Below, one piece after another: positions 39,211 through 53,571 of a stretch of DNA of 64,000 bases. Origin of the DNA: Octopus sinensis (taxonomy: Eukaryota); NCBI RefSeq assembly GCF_006345805.1, contig NC_043024.1, positions 1,488,001 through 1,552,000 of the forward strand, in the 5' to 3' direction. The position numbers were made by a program, and so were the translations under genes. The stretch's first letter is position 1. Every line of letters starts with the position of its first letter. The notes under the pieces are model-generated. The model was not told the origin of the DNA, did not search any database, and saw only the letters and a program-made list of their open reading frames with translations.

Positions 39211-41932
39211 TTGTTGCTGTGACCTGAGTTGGAACCTGGCAATAATAATTAAAAAAAAATTAGGGCCATGTGATTAGAATGATGCAGGAAGGAATCACAA
39301 GATAGATTCTTCAGGCTGAGCCAACCGGCAGGAGACGAAGGGGTGGACCAAGAATGAGGTGGTCTGAGTTGGTCATGCTTGGGAACCCAACTGGAAAGTG
39401 TAAGGGCTGTTGTTTCAGGTAGGGGTCCTACCGAGGAGAAGTGCTTCACGACTCTACCTCTACAACTTCCCTCAGGAATAGTGGGCGGAGAAGATGGATG
39501 GGTATGTTTGTGTGTGTGCATGTTCCTGGCTATCGACGCAGAAAGGCTTTTGTGACCCAGCTCGACACAACCATTTTCCCATTAGACACGCAACTCCCTC
39601 CATTCACCCGATATCAGCCATTATCTAGAATTCTTGTTACAACATGAAACGAAATTAAAGACGTTATGGAGATCGTTACATAACGAAGCAGTGTTATGCA
39701 TCAAAAGGGAAACGATAAAGAGGCGTCATTTTTGTGGGTCCTGTTAATAGTAATAGTCGAATAGGGGTTTTAACATGTGGTAGTATATCAACGCATGTGT
39801 GTGTGATTTTCTAACACCATTCAACTCATTGATAATTCTCTGTGTGTGTGCATATATATATATATATATGTGTGTATGCTGTATATAAGGCATTACTAGA
39901 AGCAAGAGTTGAGGCTTTATTGGTAAGACCGCTGTTCAGTTTCAACACTGCCGTATGCCCCCTCACTCTCCCCCTCTCTCTTCTGTCTCTGCTTTTATTT
40001 CTCCCTCTACCGCTTCACTATTTTTACCTCTCTGTCTGTCATTCCTTCTCATCCCCCTCGCTCCTCTCTCTCTCTCTCTCTCTCCTCCCGAACCTCTCTC
40101 TCGCACTCACATTGTTTACACAGCTCTTACAAAACACGTGTAGCGGTCGATTTCGCGCCGCTCACTCTCGGCTCTTCTTAACCCACTCACTCCTCCTCCT
40201 CCCCCTCTACCTCGCATCTACCGTTTTGTCTTTCTCAGACTAAATCTCTTTCCGAAGCCGGTTGTCGTCTCTTCAATATTAGAATTGTTTTCTCAAAACA
40301 TATTCGTCTTCTTCTTCCTCCTGTCTCTTTATGTATATGCGCTCACGCGCGCCTCCTTCTGTCTGTGTCTTTTACTTGTTTTAGTCATTGGGATGCGTCC
40401 ATACTGGAGCACGGCCTTGGAGGGTGTTTCTTGACCTCAGAACTTATTTTCAGAAGCCTGGTACTTAATCTATCGATTTCTTTTGCTGAACCGCTAATTT
40501 ACGGGTTCTTTCAAGTGGTGGTGGGTTACGCACGCTCGCACACACACATTTACACATACGACAAGATTCTTTCAGTTTCCGTCTACCAACTCTCTCACTA
40601 GGCTTTGGTTGGCCTAGAGCAATAGTAGAAGACATTTGCCCAAGGTGACACACGGTTGAATGAGCTAAGATCACACGGTTGGTTAGGTGCATGTCTGTGT
40701 GTGTGTATATATACACATACACAGAGGCATATATATATATAGATAGATCAAGTTGACTGGGACTTCAGATTTCACCTATTGACTCCACTGTTCCTAATAA
40801 TTTTAACTCCACCCAGTTTAGCCACACCATTCGTAAATGCTCAGTTATTATTCTTAAAAGCGCTTTAAAATATTTTTTTATCGTGTATCTATCCATCCAT
40901 GCAGATACATGTATGTGTATGTATAAATGTTTGTGTGTGTGAGTGTATATATGATATATGTAAATGTGTGCCTGTCTGTCTGACAACTGGTGTTACTTTG
41001 TGTGCCTGTAACTCAGCAGTTCATGTAAATAAAAAAGTTGCTAAAATAAATATCAAACTCAAAATACATACAGGCGTTTACTGATGGACTAAACCCTTCG
41101 TAACTGATACAAGTGATAATATTAAACAGAAATTGGTATTTACTTTTATATATATACATTGCCCAGCATGGCCACAGTCTAATGACTAAAACAACACACT
41201 CACACTCTCTCTCTCATATGTATGCATATATCATTATCATTTAATATCCATTTTCCATGCTGGCATGGGTTGGACGGTTTGACTGGGGATAGTGAGTCAG
41301 AAGACTGCACCAGGATGCAACTGTATGCTTTGGGGGTGACTTTTACGGTTGGATGCCCTTCCTAATACCGACCACCTTTCAGAGTGGACTGAGTGTGTGT
41401 GTGTATATATATATGGTATAAGTATTGGAAAATAGGGAAATAAATATATCCGGGTGGGATACCCCATTCAGTACTTTAGAAATCAAACTCAGCTAACTAA
41501 ATTGTCCAGTATAGCAATCCATATATTTATCGTTATTGTTTACAATTCACATATAATGTGACATACAATTCGTAATTCTGAGGTTGAGCACCAATTAAAT
41601 GCAATGTTGTAATAATTACGGATTTTATTAGGAAAAGCATAAAAGAATAAATCGTTGATAATGCATCTTCGTTGTTATTTGTTTATTCTATATATAGTAT
41701 GGTGTGTTAAGTGCTGTGGTTTTACTGGGATCTCCCTTTTAAGTAGAAAGAATAGCCATAACTCTTTGACTGCTATTTCTAAATTCGGTGTGTGGTGAGG
41801 CAAATCGTTGCTAAACCCTTAATTACCTAGTATGTATATATGTGTGTGTGTATATATATATATATATGTATATATGTGTATATATATATATATGTATATA
41901 TGTGTGTATATATATATATGTATATATGTGTG

Positions 41933-41963
<31 letters not shown>

Positions 41964-41966
41964 ATG

Positions 41967-42032
<66 letters not shown>

Positions 42033-42369
42033 ATATATATTGCCCCCCTCCAGAATACTGTAAACTTATGTTTGAATTTAGTACTTCTTGCATTGTTACT
42101 CAAGTGTGTATGTACATATATGCGTGTATATATATATATGTGTGTGTGTGTATGTATGTTATTTAGGTTAAATATTTGGGGATGCAGCCACAAGAAAAAT
42201 AATACTTATGTTACCAAATGTATTTACACAAATAACACCCACAATAATCAGTAGAATAATAATAATAATATAACCCAGTTTATCGAGCGTGTTGCTACAC
42301 TCGCACATGAATGAAATCTACACAGAGAATGCTTCTCGTATCCTGAATGTGTCTGTGTGTCTCATATTC

Positions 42370-42770
42370 TTTTACTTGTTTCATTCTATTGGCTGCGGTT
42401 AAGCTGGGGCTCCGCCCTGAAGGGTTTTTAGTCAAACAAATCGGTCCCCAGGACTTATTCTTTTAAGCCTAGTACTTATTCTATCAGTGTCTTTTGCCGA
42501 ACCGCTAGCTTACGGGGACGTAAACACACCAACACTGGTTATCAAGCGGTGACCATAAGACAAACACCGACACAAAGACATACATATACACATATATACG
42601 ACGGGCTTCTTTCAGTTTCCGTCTACCAAATCCACTCACAAGGCTTTGGTCGGCCCAAGGCTATAGAAGAAGAAATTGCTCAAGGTGCCAAGCAGTGCAA
42701 CTGAACCCAGAAACCCAGAACCATATGGTTGGGAAGCAAGCTTTTCACCACGCACCCACACATGCGCCTA
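42370..42770 (-). mobile_element. SINE family A
   Basis: Full alignment to the family. Confidence 0.8.
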
Positions 42771-43107
42771 TATTTAAATATATATATATATAGTATTTCT
42801 TTTATGTTTATTGGCCTGCGACCCTTCTGGGGCAGCCAAATTGAAGGATTTCGAATCATGGTTACTTATTCTGTTGGTTTCTTTTTTACAAGGATGTAAA
42901 CGAACCAACACTGTCAAATGGTAGACACACATACACACACACCAGTTTAATACACAACTGAAAAAGCTACTAATAGTTATGTGCATTTACGATACTTTAA
43001 TTAATTAGTAGCTGTTTCAGTTGTGTAATTAAATTGATATTTATCACTTACTCAATGGAGTCCTTTTGATTCCACCTATATTAGACCTACAAACTATATA
43101 TATATAG

Positions 43108-43488
43108 TAGGCGCAGGAGTGGCTGTGTGGTAAGTAGCTTGCTAACCAACCACCTGGTTCCGGGTTCAGTCCCACTACGTGGCATCTTGGGCAAGTGTCT
43201 ACTGCTATAGCCCTGGGTCGACCAATGCCTTGTGAGTGGATTTGGTAGGCGGAAACTGAAAGAAGCCTGTCGTATATATGTATGTATATATATTTGTGTG
43301 TCTGTGTTTGTCTCCCTAGCATTGCTTGACAACCGATGCTGGTGTGTTTACGTCCCCGTCACTTAGCGGTTCGGCAAAAGAGACTGATAGAATAAGTACT
43401 GGGCTTACAAAGAATAAGTCCCGGGGTTGATTTGCTCGACTAAAGGCGGTGCTCCAGCATGGCCGCAGTCAAATGACTGAAACAAGTA

Positions 43489-43495
<7 letters not shown>
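43108..43495 (+). mobile_element. SINE family A, young full-length copy
   Basis: CpGs retained, full alignment. Another copy follows at 43668-44050. Confidence 0.85.
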
Positions 43496-43560
<65 letters not shown>

Positions 43561-44692
43561 AAGTGGTAATGATTTTTTGGGGATGGTAATGGACAAGGAA
43601 AGAGCACATCCATGGGAATGTTCCGTTCATTCCTTTGTTGAGCTTCTGTTTAATAATTTTTGAAACTTAGGTGTGGCTATGTGGTAAGAAGCTTGTTTCT
43701 CAACCACCTGGTTCCAGGTTCAACCCCACTCAGTGGCATCTTGGGCAAGTGTCTTCTACTATATCCTTGAGCTGACCAAAGCCTTGTGAGTGGAGTTGGT
43801 AGATGTAAACTGAAAGAAGCCCGTTGTATGTATATGTATCTATGTTTGTGTCTGTGTTTGTACCCCTGCCATCACTTAACAACTGATGCTGGTGTGTTTA
43901 TGTCCCCCGTAACTTAGTGGTTTAGCAAAAGAGACTGATAGAGTAAGTGCTAGGCTTACAAAGAGTAAGTCCTGGGGTTGATTTCTGACTAAAACCCTTG
44001 AAGGCAGTGCTCCAGCATGGACACAGTTTAATGACTGAAACAAGTAAGAGAATAACAGAAAATATGCATACAACAGGTTTTATCTATTAAATCCCCTCAC
44101 AAGGCTTTGTTAGCCTGGGGTTGTACAAGAAGACCCTGAACCAAATCTATGCAGTTGGATTGTCAACCCCTAACCTGGTTGTTATGCATAAGCATAACTT
44201 TTGGTTGAGCAGTTCACTTCCCAACTCATTGGTTTTGGGGATCAGTCCCCATTGCATGGCACCACAACCAGATTTTTCTGCTATAGCCCCAGGATGTCCA
44301 ATGTGTTGAGGGTTGAGTGATAGAGGTAAACTGACAGAAAACCCCAATGTCCACGAGTGTGTTTGATTGCATTTGCAATCACTTGTCCGAAGGTGTAGTT
44401 AAGCAGCAGTGTTATTATTTTCTTTTGTCAATCATCCTGCCAGTTTCTCCTTTAAAATTTGTATGTAATAAGTGAACTTCTTGTTTGAAAACAGTTCAGG
44501 ATTAACATTAAGAAAGGCCTTTCACTGTAGAACAACACATCAAATAGCGTAGTCACCCAGCCCATAGTTGCATGGCAAGACATGGAAATGAGAAAGAACG
44601 TTTATTTCTCTGTATGTATGTATGTATGTATGCATGCACATATAAAAAGTATATTGTGTGTGTGTATGTAATATATATATAAGCATGTATAT

Positions 44693-45968
44693 AATGGTGC
44701 AGTCAAGTTTTGAGACATTTATTTATTTCAAAGAAGTAAAAACAAAAAGAAACTAATTTCCTTCAAAGTAGGATCTTCTGACTTCAATGCACTTGTTCCA
44801 GTGTTCCACCAGCCACTCCGGGGAAGCCGCATGGAGGTTGTCCAAAGTGAAGGTGTCCAGGATCCTTGTCACAGCCTTCTCCTTTATCTTCTCAGTGTCT
44901 TCAAAAATGACTGTTCCTGAGGTCCTCTTTTGGTTTGGGGAACAACAGAAAGTCACGGGAAATTAGGCCTGGACAGTATGGAGGCTGAGGGATAGTTTTG
45001 ATGTCAATCTCTGTTGAGTTGTTAGTTGCCAGGAATGGAATTGTGGACTGGGGTGTTGTCCTGGTGCAGGTGCCATTGATCAGAGCGGAAGAGTTCTGAC
45101 CTTTTGTCACAAAACCTCCAGGAGTCCCTCAAAATATCCACAAAGTACTCTTTGTTGACTTTGACTAGAGGGAACCAATGAATGTGGATGATGCACTTGC
45201 TACTGAAAAGGGGAACTCATCACATGCTTCCTGGTGGACCTGCTTTGCCTGGCCCTCTTGGGTCTGAAGGAGCCAGGATGCTTCCATTGGGCATTCTGTT
45301 TCTTGGTCTCTGAATCATAACACTAGATCCAGCTTTTGTCATGGATCACCAGAGAATCAAGTACTTTTGGATTGGCGGTAATGAGCCCAACCGTCCTCCT
45401 GCTGTCACCAATATCTCTTCCCACTGAGCACCTTGCTCAGATCTCCATGAAGAATTCTGTGGACAGTTGCAACACCAATTCCAAACTGTATATTTATTGT
45501 CTTTATGGGAGACATGACCATCTCCATCCAGAAAATTCTCAACCATCTCTGATGTCCTGATGTTTCAATCCCTCCCATACCTCTCATCCCCTCTCTACCT
45601 TCCTTGAACCTCTTCTGCCAGGAAAAAGAAATGTTAAGCTCATACAAGTTAATCCATGACCAGTTTGGAGCATTTTATAAGTTTCTGTTGTGTGTTTGCC
45701 CAGTTTAACACGAAACTTGATTGCATAGAGTGAGCTTGCAGATTGTCTTCATGTCCCAACTGCATTCTGCAAACCAGTCACCTGTGACAGGCAGCAGTGT
45801 TCAGTCAGGTGTGGTGAAAGTGCTGTTACAGTCGTTTCCTTCCCTCTGCAATAAAATAAAGTTGGCAGGTCAGCTTATTGAATGTATCAGTGATGCTAAA
45901 ATTACAATAATCCAGGACAGTTATAACTGCCTCTCCTACAAAAGTCTCAAAGCTTCTGGAATGCATCT
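44693..45968 (-). mobile_element. Mariner transposon, decayed
   Basis: Minus-strand peptides PQPPYCPGLISRDFLLFPKPK and VEHWNKCIEVRRSYFEG. Imperfect TIRs containing ttgagac at both ends. Confidence 0.8.
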
Positions 45969-46249
45969 TTTTGTGTGTGTGTGTGTGTACATACATACAT
46001 ACATACACACATGCAACAGAACTGTCATTAACTAGAAACCATTATATAGGTATTACCCATATCTGAACACCTATGAAAGACAATCAGGCACTATCAATGT
46101 ATGGTATAATATCTGCAACTATATTATCTATCTATATATATATATTATATAGATCTGCGCGTGTACACACACACACCACACAGGCATATATGTATATATA
46201 CCTAGGTATATGTGAATACATATATTTTTATATATTCCCATTTTGACAT

Positions 46250-46920
46250 GTGACGGTCCAAAAGCCTTTTTCTTTCTTTGAGAATTTGAGTCAGTGATTT
46301 ACAGACAAATCCACGGATGAGATACGAGAGAGATTTGTTATACAAAGTGGCTGACTCATTAGATTGAGACTTTGCCTTTGATCTCAATTTTTTAAGATGA
46401 TCCAGATAGTTTAATCCCCAGTTTATAGTCTTATAAGCATGTTGACCTCCATTTGTCTCAATTCAATGTAGTTTTTCCCAAAGGTTTCTGTGGGAATTTT
46501 TATCCTTTTTAGATTAGCTTTGAGCTTGTCGTTGCCTTTTAGTCATGGTCTTCCTATGTTTCTCCTTTCACCATGGAGCTGGCTACACAAAGGGATTTTT
46601 GTTGTTACTCATTTGGATGAACATGGTCAGTCAATCTTAATTGGGATTGCCAAACAAAGGACTCAATACCACCAATTTTAGGTTTAGAGAATAGGCCAAT
46701 ATTTGAAATTCTATCATCCATGCTGTTTCCATAAATAGTCTAAAGATATTGCTTTTGAAAGACTTGAGGCTGGTTGAAATGCAATTGATAGGGGCACCCA
46801 AGATTTTGGTCCATACAGGAGAGTTGAAAGAACTGTAGGTTGGTAGGCATTAATTATCACTGCTAATGAGATTCCCTGTTCGTCTCACAAACGTAAATGA
46901 AGTTTGCCAAAACTGTTTCT
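46250..46920 (-). mobile_element. RTE-clade LINE 3' fragment
   Basis: Minus-strand LHGERRNIGRP.LKGNDKLKANL. Confidence 0.6.
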
Positions 46921-48052
46921 AGCTTTACCTATGTGGTTTGAGTATTTCATCATCAAGAGTCACTCAAGCATACATGTGTATGTATGTATGTTTGTGTGTG
47001 TCTATATATATAGTTCAAATTTACAGAAAAAGAAGACTGGTGAAGGAACAGCAAGCCGGTGTATTAGTTTGACACTCAGGAACAATGGAAAAGTTTTCGA
47101 TGTTTCGAGCCGATGCTCTTAGAAAGGATTGAAAGGGATAAAAAGGAGAGAGAGAGAGAAAAGAATGTTTGTATGTGTAATATAAATGCACACACACATG
47201 CCTTTAGGTGTGTGTGTGTGACTGTATGGCAAGTTGTTTGCTTCCCAACCACATGGATTCAGTCTCACTGTGTGGCACCTTGGGCAAGTGTCTTCTACCA
47301 TAATCTTTGGTTGGCCAAAGCCTTGTGACTGGATTTGGCAGACGTAAACTGAAAGAAGCCTGTTTATATAACTAACCTATGTGTACCTCCAGGTTTTTAA
47401 CATCATGTAATAGTTGTAAGCAAGTACACCACTTACACAACTCATCATTCCTTTCCAATCTTCAGTGAAATAATGTCCTGTCACAAGGAACTGTTACCTT
47501 GCTTGGAAACTGGCGAGGATTGGTGACAAGGGCATCCAAACATTAGAAAATCGACCTCAGGCCATGCAATTGCTTCCCAACCATATGGTTCTGGAGTGGG
47601 TGTTCTCTACCATAGCCCTGGCCCAACCAAAGCCTTGTAAGTGGATTTGGTAGATGGAAACTGAAAGAAGCTCGTCGTATTTGTCTGTCGACCTATCTAT
47701 CTGTTTGTTCCTCCCTCCCCCACTGCTCGACAATCGATGTTTATTTAATTTTCGAGACTTAGCGGTTCGACAACAGGAGCTGATAGAATAAGTATTAGCC
47801 TTAGGAAATAAGTACTGGGGGTCAATGAAGCGTTTCCTAAGCGGTGCCGCAGCCATAGCCACAGTCCAATGAATGAAACAAGGGAAAGGATAAGATATAG
47901 TTATGTATGTATACCTTTGTGTGTATATATAGGTGTAGTAATCTGTTATGAAGTGCACCTCGTATCCTGTCTGATGATCTAAAACGTGAAACCAGATGCG
48001 AAGTGCTAGCTGCATGCATAGAAATATATATATATATATATATAGTGTGTAT

Positions 48053-48084
<32 letters not shown>

Positions 48085-48445
48085 GATGTGTGTATGCATG
48101 TATGTGTGTATATATATATATATATATAAATGTGAAAGTATATAAGAGTGTATATATATATATATATATATTATACACTCACACACGCTTATGACTGTGC
48201 TCGTATGTGTGTAGCACACATTCTCAGCTCCATGTATATATACAATCTTTTCTGGGAATAAATAATAGTAGTAGTAGCAGTAGTAGAGACTAGTGAATAT
48301 CTTCTAACCGCTTTATCCTCCTCCTCCTCCTTGTCTCCCCCTCTGCCTGCTTTGTGTGACGTTATTGCCGAGCAAATTGCCAGTCATCATACATACATCT
48401 ATGGCTTACACACAAATCTTTTCATTTGGCTTTGCTTATGATGAT

Positions 48446-50293
48446 AATAATAATAATAATAATAATATAATAATCATCGTTATAAGTCGTGTGTTCGCTG
48501 CTGCTGCTGCTGCTGGCAATTAGTTAAAATAATGGTCGGTAGTGCTGGAGTAGCAGCAGCAGTAGTAGTAATAGTAGAAGAAATAGTAGTTCTGGTAGTT
48601 GTATCGGCGGCGGCGGCTGCGGTGGTGGTGGTGGTTATAGCAGTAGTGAGGTGGTGTTCAATGTCGAAGTCTCGTTCTCGCCTCTACGGTATCTGGTGAG
48701 CGCGCGCTTGTGTGTGTATGCATGCGTGTATATATATGTGTATATATGTATCTGTGTGTGTGTGTGCGTCAGTGCCTTATTATGTATTCACTGCTTCTTT
48801 TTTCTTCTTCCGAGTCATCCATATTTATTCGTTCTCACTCATATATTCACTATTATCTCTGTCACTCACGTTACAGTTTCCACTCAGAGACGCCCCAACC
48901 TCCACTCTCAAATATCTATAAAACCACACACACACATACATACACTTCCTTTTGTACACTCACAACACACACATACACACACTTTCTTTTGTACGCTCAC
49001 AACACACACACAGCGCGGTTATTTAACTGTACCAATCACCACACACAAATGTTGACTGACTGACACATACCAACTCTCCGACACACACACACACACACAC
49101 ATTTCTCATTCGTACTCTGACTCACTCGCACAAATACACTCACTCGTCTTCACTCACAAATTCATACAAAGCATACACACACACACACATACACTTTTCA
49201 CTCATATAGTTATAAATACATGAACACTCACATAGCAGTCCACACATACACACGCACTCTTTTTCATTTACTGCGGGAGAAGAAAGGAAGAAGGCGGAGT
49301 TTAAATCTAACACTGAGCGAGGCTCGAATTTTTATTTTTCGCTCTTGTGATTAATAAAGTAATAATAATAATAATAATAATATAATAATCATCGTTATAA
49401 GTCGTGTGTTTGCTGCTGCTGCTGGCAATTAGTTAAAATAATGGTCGGTAGTGCTGGAGTAGCAGCAGCAGTAGTAGTAATAGTAGAAGAAATAGTAGTT
49501 CTGGTAGTTGTATCGGCGGTGGTGGTGGTGGTTATAGCAGTAGTGAGGTGGTGTTCAATGTCGAAGTCTCGTTCTCGCCTCTACGGTATCTGGTGAGCGC
49601 GCGCTTGTGTGTGTATGCATGCGTGTATATATATATGTGTATATATGTATCTGTGTGTGTGTGCGTCAGTGCCTTATTATGTATTCACTGCTTCTTTTTT
49701 CTTCTTCCGAGTCATCCATATTTATTCGTTCTCACTCATATATTCACTATTATCTCTGTCACTCACGTTACAGTTTCCACTCAGAGACGCCCCAACCTCC
49801 ACTCTCAAATATCTATAAAACCACACACACACACACACAACACATACATACACTTCCTTTTGTACACTCACAACACACACATACACACACTTTCTTTTGT
49901 ACGCTCACAACACACACACAGCGCGGTTATTTAACTGTACCAATCACCACACACAAATGTTGACTGACTGACACATACCAACTCTCCGACACACACACAC
50001 ACACATGTGTACATTTCTCATTCGTACTCTGACTCACTCGCACAAATACACTCACTCGTCTTCACTCACAAATTCATACAAAGCATACAGACACACACAT
50101 ACACTTTTCACTCATATAGTTATAAATACATGAACACTCACATAGCAGTCCACACATACACACGCACTCTTTTTCATTTACTGCGGGAGAAGAAAGGAAG
50201 AAGGCGGAGTTTAAATCTAACACTGAGCGAGGCTCGAATTTTTATTTTTCGCTCTTGTGATTAATAAAGTAATAATAATAATAATAATAATAA
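48446..50293. repeat. Tandem duplication of a ~910-915 bp unit
   Basis: tataataatcatcg at 48466 and 49381; ttaataaagt at 49351 and 50261. Junctions lie in (AAT)n. Confidence 0.95.
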
Positions 50294-50886
50294 TGGTAAT
50301 AAAAGCGTTTCTTTCACTCTGGCTTAGACACCGGGTACTTTTGATTTTTATTTGATAGAAATGTGATCTCTCTGTTCAATGAAGAGATTATTAGTTGTGG
50401 TTTGGCTCAGTTCAACCTTCGTTTCGTCGATACGGAACTTAATGGTTCCAGTCGTGACCACCCCCACCTCAGTTATAGTTACAACTACATCTAATTTGGC
50501 TCTTGAGTGCTTACGTGTGTGTGTGTGTGTGTGTGTGTGAAAATGTTTTTATGTCGAGTTACAATAACAATTTTACTTCCATTAAACTGAAGGTTGACTC
50601 GAATACTGTTTTTTTTATTTAGAATACATATTGTGTGAATTTTACTATGTTAGTGATAGTGACTTCGAAGTATCGGCGCCTGCGAGCCTTCATAAGAAGG
50701 TGTATGTGTGTGTATATGTACACACAAATATGCATGCACATTATGATATATACGACAAACATATACTCATTAATTTTTTACACATTTGTGTGTGTGTATA
50801 TGTATGATTATATAAATATATATATATTTGTCTCGAATTAATATTATATATATATATATATATATACACTACACACACACACTATA

Positions 50887-50943
<57 letters not shown>

Positions 50944-51507
50944 CACTACACACACACACTATATATTTATATATATATATAGTTGAAAAGGGGTTAAAAA
51001 TCCAAACAAATCAAAGGTTATAGATGCTTTTTTTTTCACTTTTACACACACACATACATATATACACACATATACATACATATGGAATTCCTAAACAATA
51101 GATCGGAAAGTATTCAGTTCACGAAAGCCAAAATCTCCGATGTGCAAGTTTTTAAACATCGTAGATTACAATTCTGAGGGGAAAATCCCCCTTTTTTTTA
51201 ACGTTTCTCGACCGTTATTTATTTAAAATACGTGTTTTAAATATCCGAGATTGCGATTATTCAGAAGTCTGCCTAAGTTTCTTGTTCATCAGCGTAAAAA
51301 GTAAAAGAAAGAAAAATCGAAAAAGGTCAGAAAAACAAATAATTGCTGAATCGTAACCGCGGATGCTTAAAACATTCACATATTTCGCAGAAATTACACC
51401 TCTCGCTGGGCTTGATAGTTTCCGTCTAGTCTTTAGGAAACTGTGTGTGTGTATGCTTAAATATATATATACGCACTTATATGTATGTGTATATTTATAG
51501 GTGTGTT

Positions 51508-51556
<49 letters not shown>

Positions 51557-51743
51557 CAAATAAGAATGGAGAAGCACAATTAGTTGGTTCAACAGCTTTA
51601 GGATATTAGAATGTTGACTTATTTATTTATCAAAACGACAACAATAATAATATATATATATATAAAATTAATTAAGGGTAGAAATTGATATTAGTCAATT
51701 AAAACCAGTGGTCTAGCATATTAAAAAGAATCCGAAGATTAAA

Positions 51744-52042
<299 letters not shown>

Positions 52043-52199
52043 AAGTATATAAAGATACTTCTGTATGTATATATCGATGTGTGTTTATGTAGAGATATAT
52101 ATGCGGATGTGCATGTATATTTATGTATGCGTGTCCACACACACATATCCAGAAATTATGTTTTTGAAATATCCAGACTATGCGACAGAATAACTAAGC

Positions 52200-53345
52200 T
52201 TAGACAAGTGGTGGACTGTATGGAAGGCAATAGGTGCTATTATTGTCTCTGCTTGTGCAGTGCTCTTCTTGCCTCTCAGCCACAGTTGAGCAGAAGGACT
52301 TTGATGAGACCCTCTTGGTTCAGAAACCACTTCAAAAATATATCTTCGTGGGTGACCTGAATGGACTTGTTGGGTAGAATCATGGTAACTGCTCCTGAGT
52401 ACCTGTTGGTTTTGGTTAGGGTTCTACAAATGAGGAAGAATCAGGGCTTCTGGAATTGTGTTAACCATCTGCAGTAGAAATTTCAGGAAGCCAACAAACC
52501 ACTTTATCACTTTATCCAATCAGGTGGACATGCCCCTGGATAGGCAGGTAGCTGCCAATACTAAGGCTTTCCTCTGTGAAAAAACGTCCATTTTAATATC
52601 TGCTCCTGATTTGTGACCCCAGACTGATAGACAACAGGCATCATGGAAAGTGAAACCTCTTTCTGCTAAATGTATATTGTGATGTCAGATTTTGTGCATA
52701 ATGGAAAGGAGGAGGAGACAAAAACTGATAGCATAGGGGACCAGTAGGGAGTTTCTATGATGCAATCCGTTGTGGCCAGGAATCAACTGGACATAAGGTG
52801 ACATGATAGTAGGGCTTTAGATGGAATTGTAAAAGTAAGGAGAGGGGTTTAAAAAGGACTGGTTGAAATGATGGTGGTGGTGGGAATATAAAAAAAACTG
52901 TATCTTGTAAGTAACAAAGAAGTTATACAAGAAGTATATATGGCTTATAGAAAAGTAGAAAGCAAGAGATGTGGCAGTGTTCTAACTGGTGCAATGTCAG
53001 TCACGATGTGTTTGGGACTGTGATAGAGTTTGTCAGAGTAAATGAAGGTGTCTTTATGGAAATGTGTGCTTGAAATGGTAGCGGCACACTTGGCCTTGCT
53101 GATAATGAAAGGAGAGAGAGAGAGAGAGACTTGGAAATGTTGCTATGAGAGGCTGTTAAATGTAAAAGATGTGTCAGAAGAAAAGGATCTGCTCCAAGTA
53201 TGCTGAAGATACCGAAGAGTAGGGCCCGCTACTGGAAGGGGCTAGTTATATTGTCCAGTTGGCTGTTAAAGACACAAAGACAGGAAAAGCGAAGTTCTGT
53301 CGGGTGCAGTTGATGAGGGGCTGAATCTGTCTGTCAAAGTAGGGG
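52200..53345 (-). mobile_element. Ancient LINE remnant (CR1/L2-like)
   Basis: Non-microsatellite, stop-riddled sequence with a weak LINE-like translation on the minus strand. Confidence 0.35.
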
Positions 53346-53350
53346 CTTAA

Positions 53351-53571
53351 CCCTTTCGTTACTAACCTGGCTGAAACCGGCTCTGGCTCTATATTACAAA
53401 TGTCTTGTTTACATAAGTTTTGAATGAAAATCTTCCACCAAACCTTAGTCACAATTTATGTTCCTAACACTAGCTTAATGATAACTAAGTTATTTTACTA
53501 AATTCTTTGTTATATTTAAAATAATTGAAAGAAACACAGAGCATCTCAACAGAAATACAGTAATGAAAGGG
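53351..53571. mobile_element. piggyBac-type MITE
   Basis: TTAA|CCCTTTCGTTAC ... GTAATGAAAGGG|TTAA. Confidence 0.75.

Noticed and set aside
48532-48700. Short V/A-rich or S/G-rich reading frames in the duplicated block
   Set aside because: Low-complexity triplet repeats with no recognisable domain and no supported acceptor.
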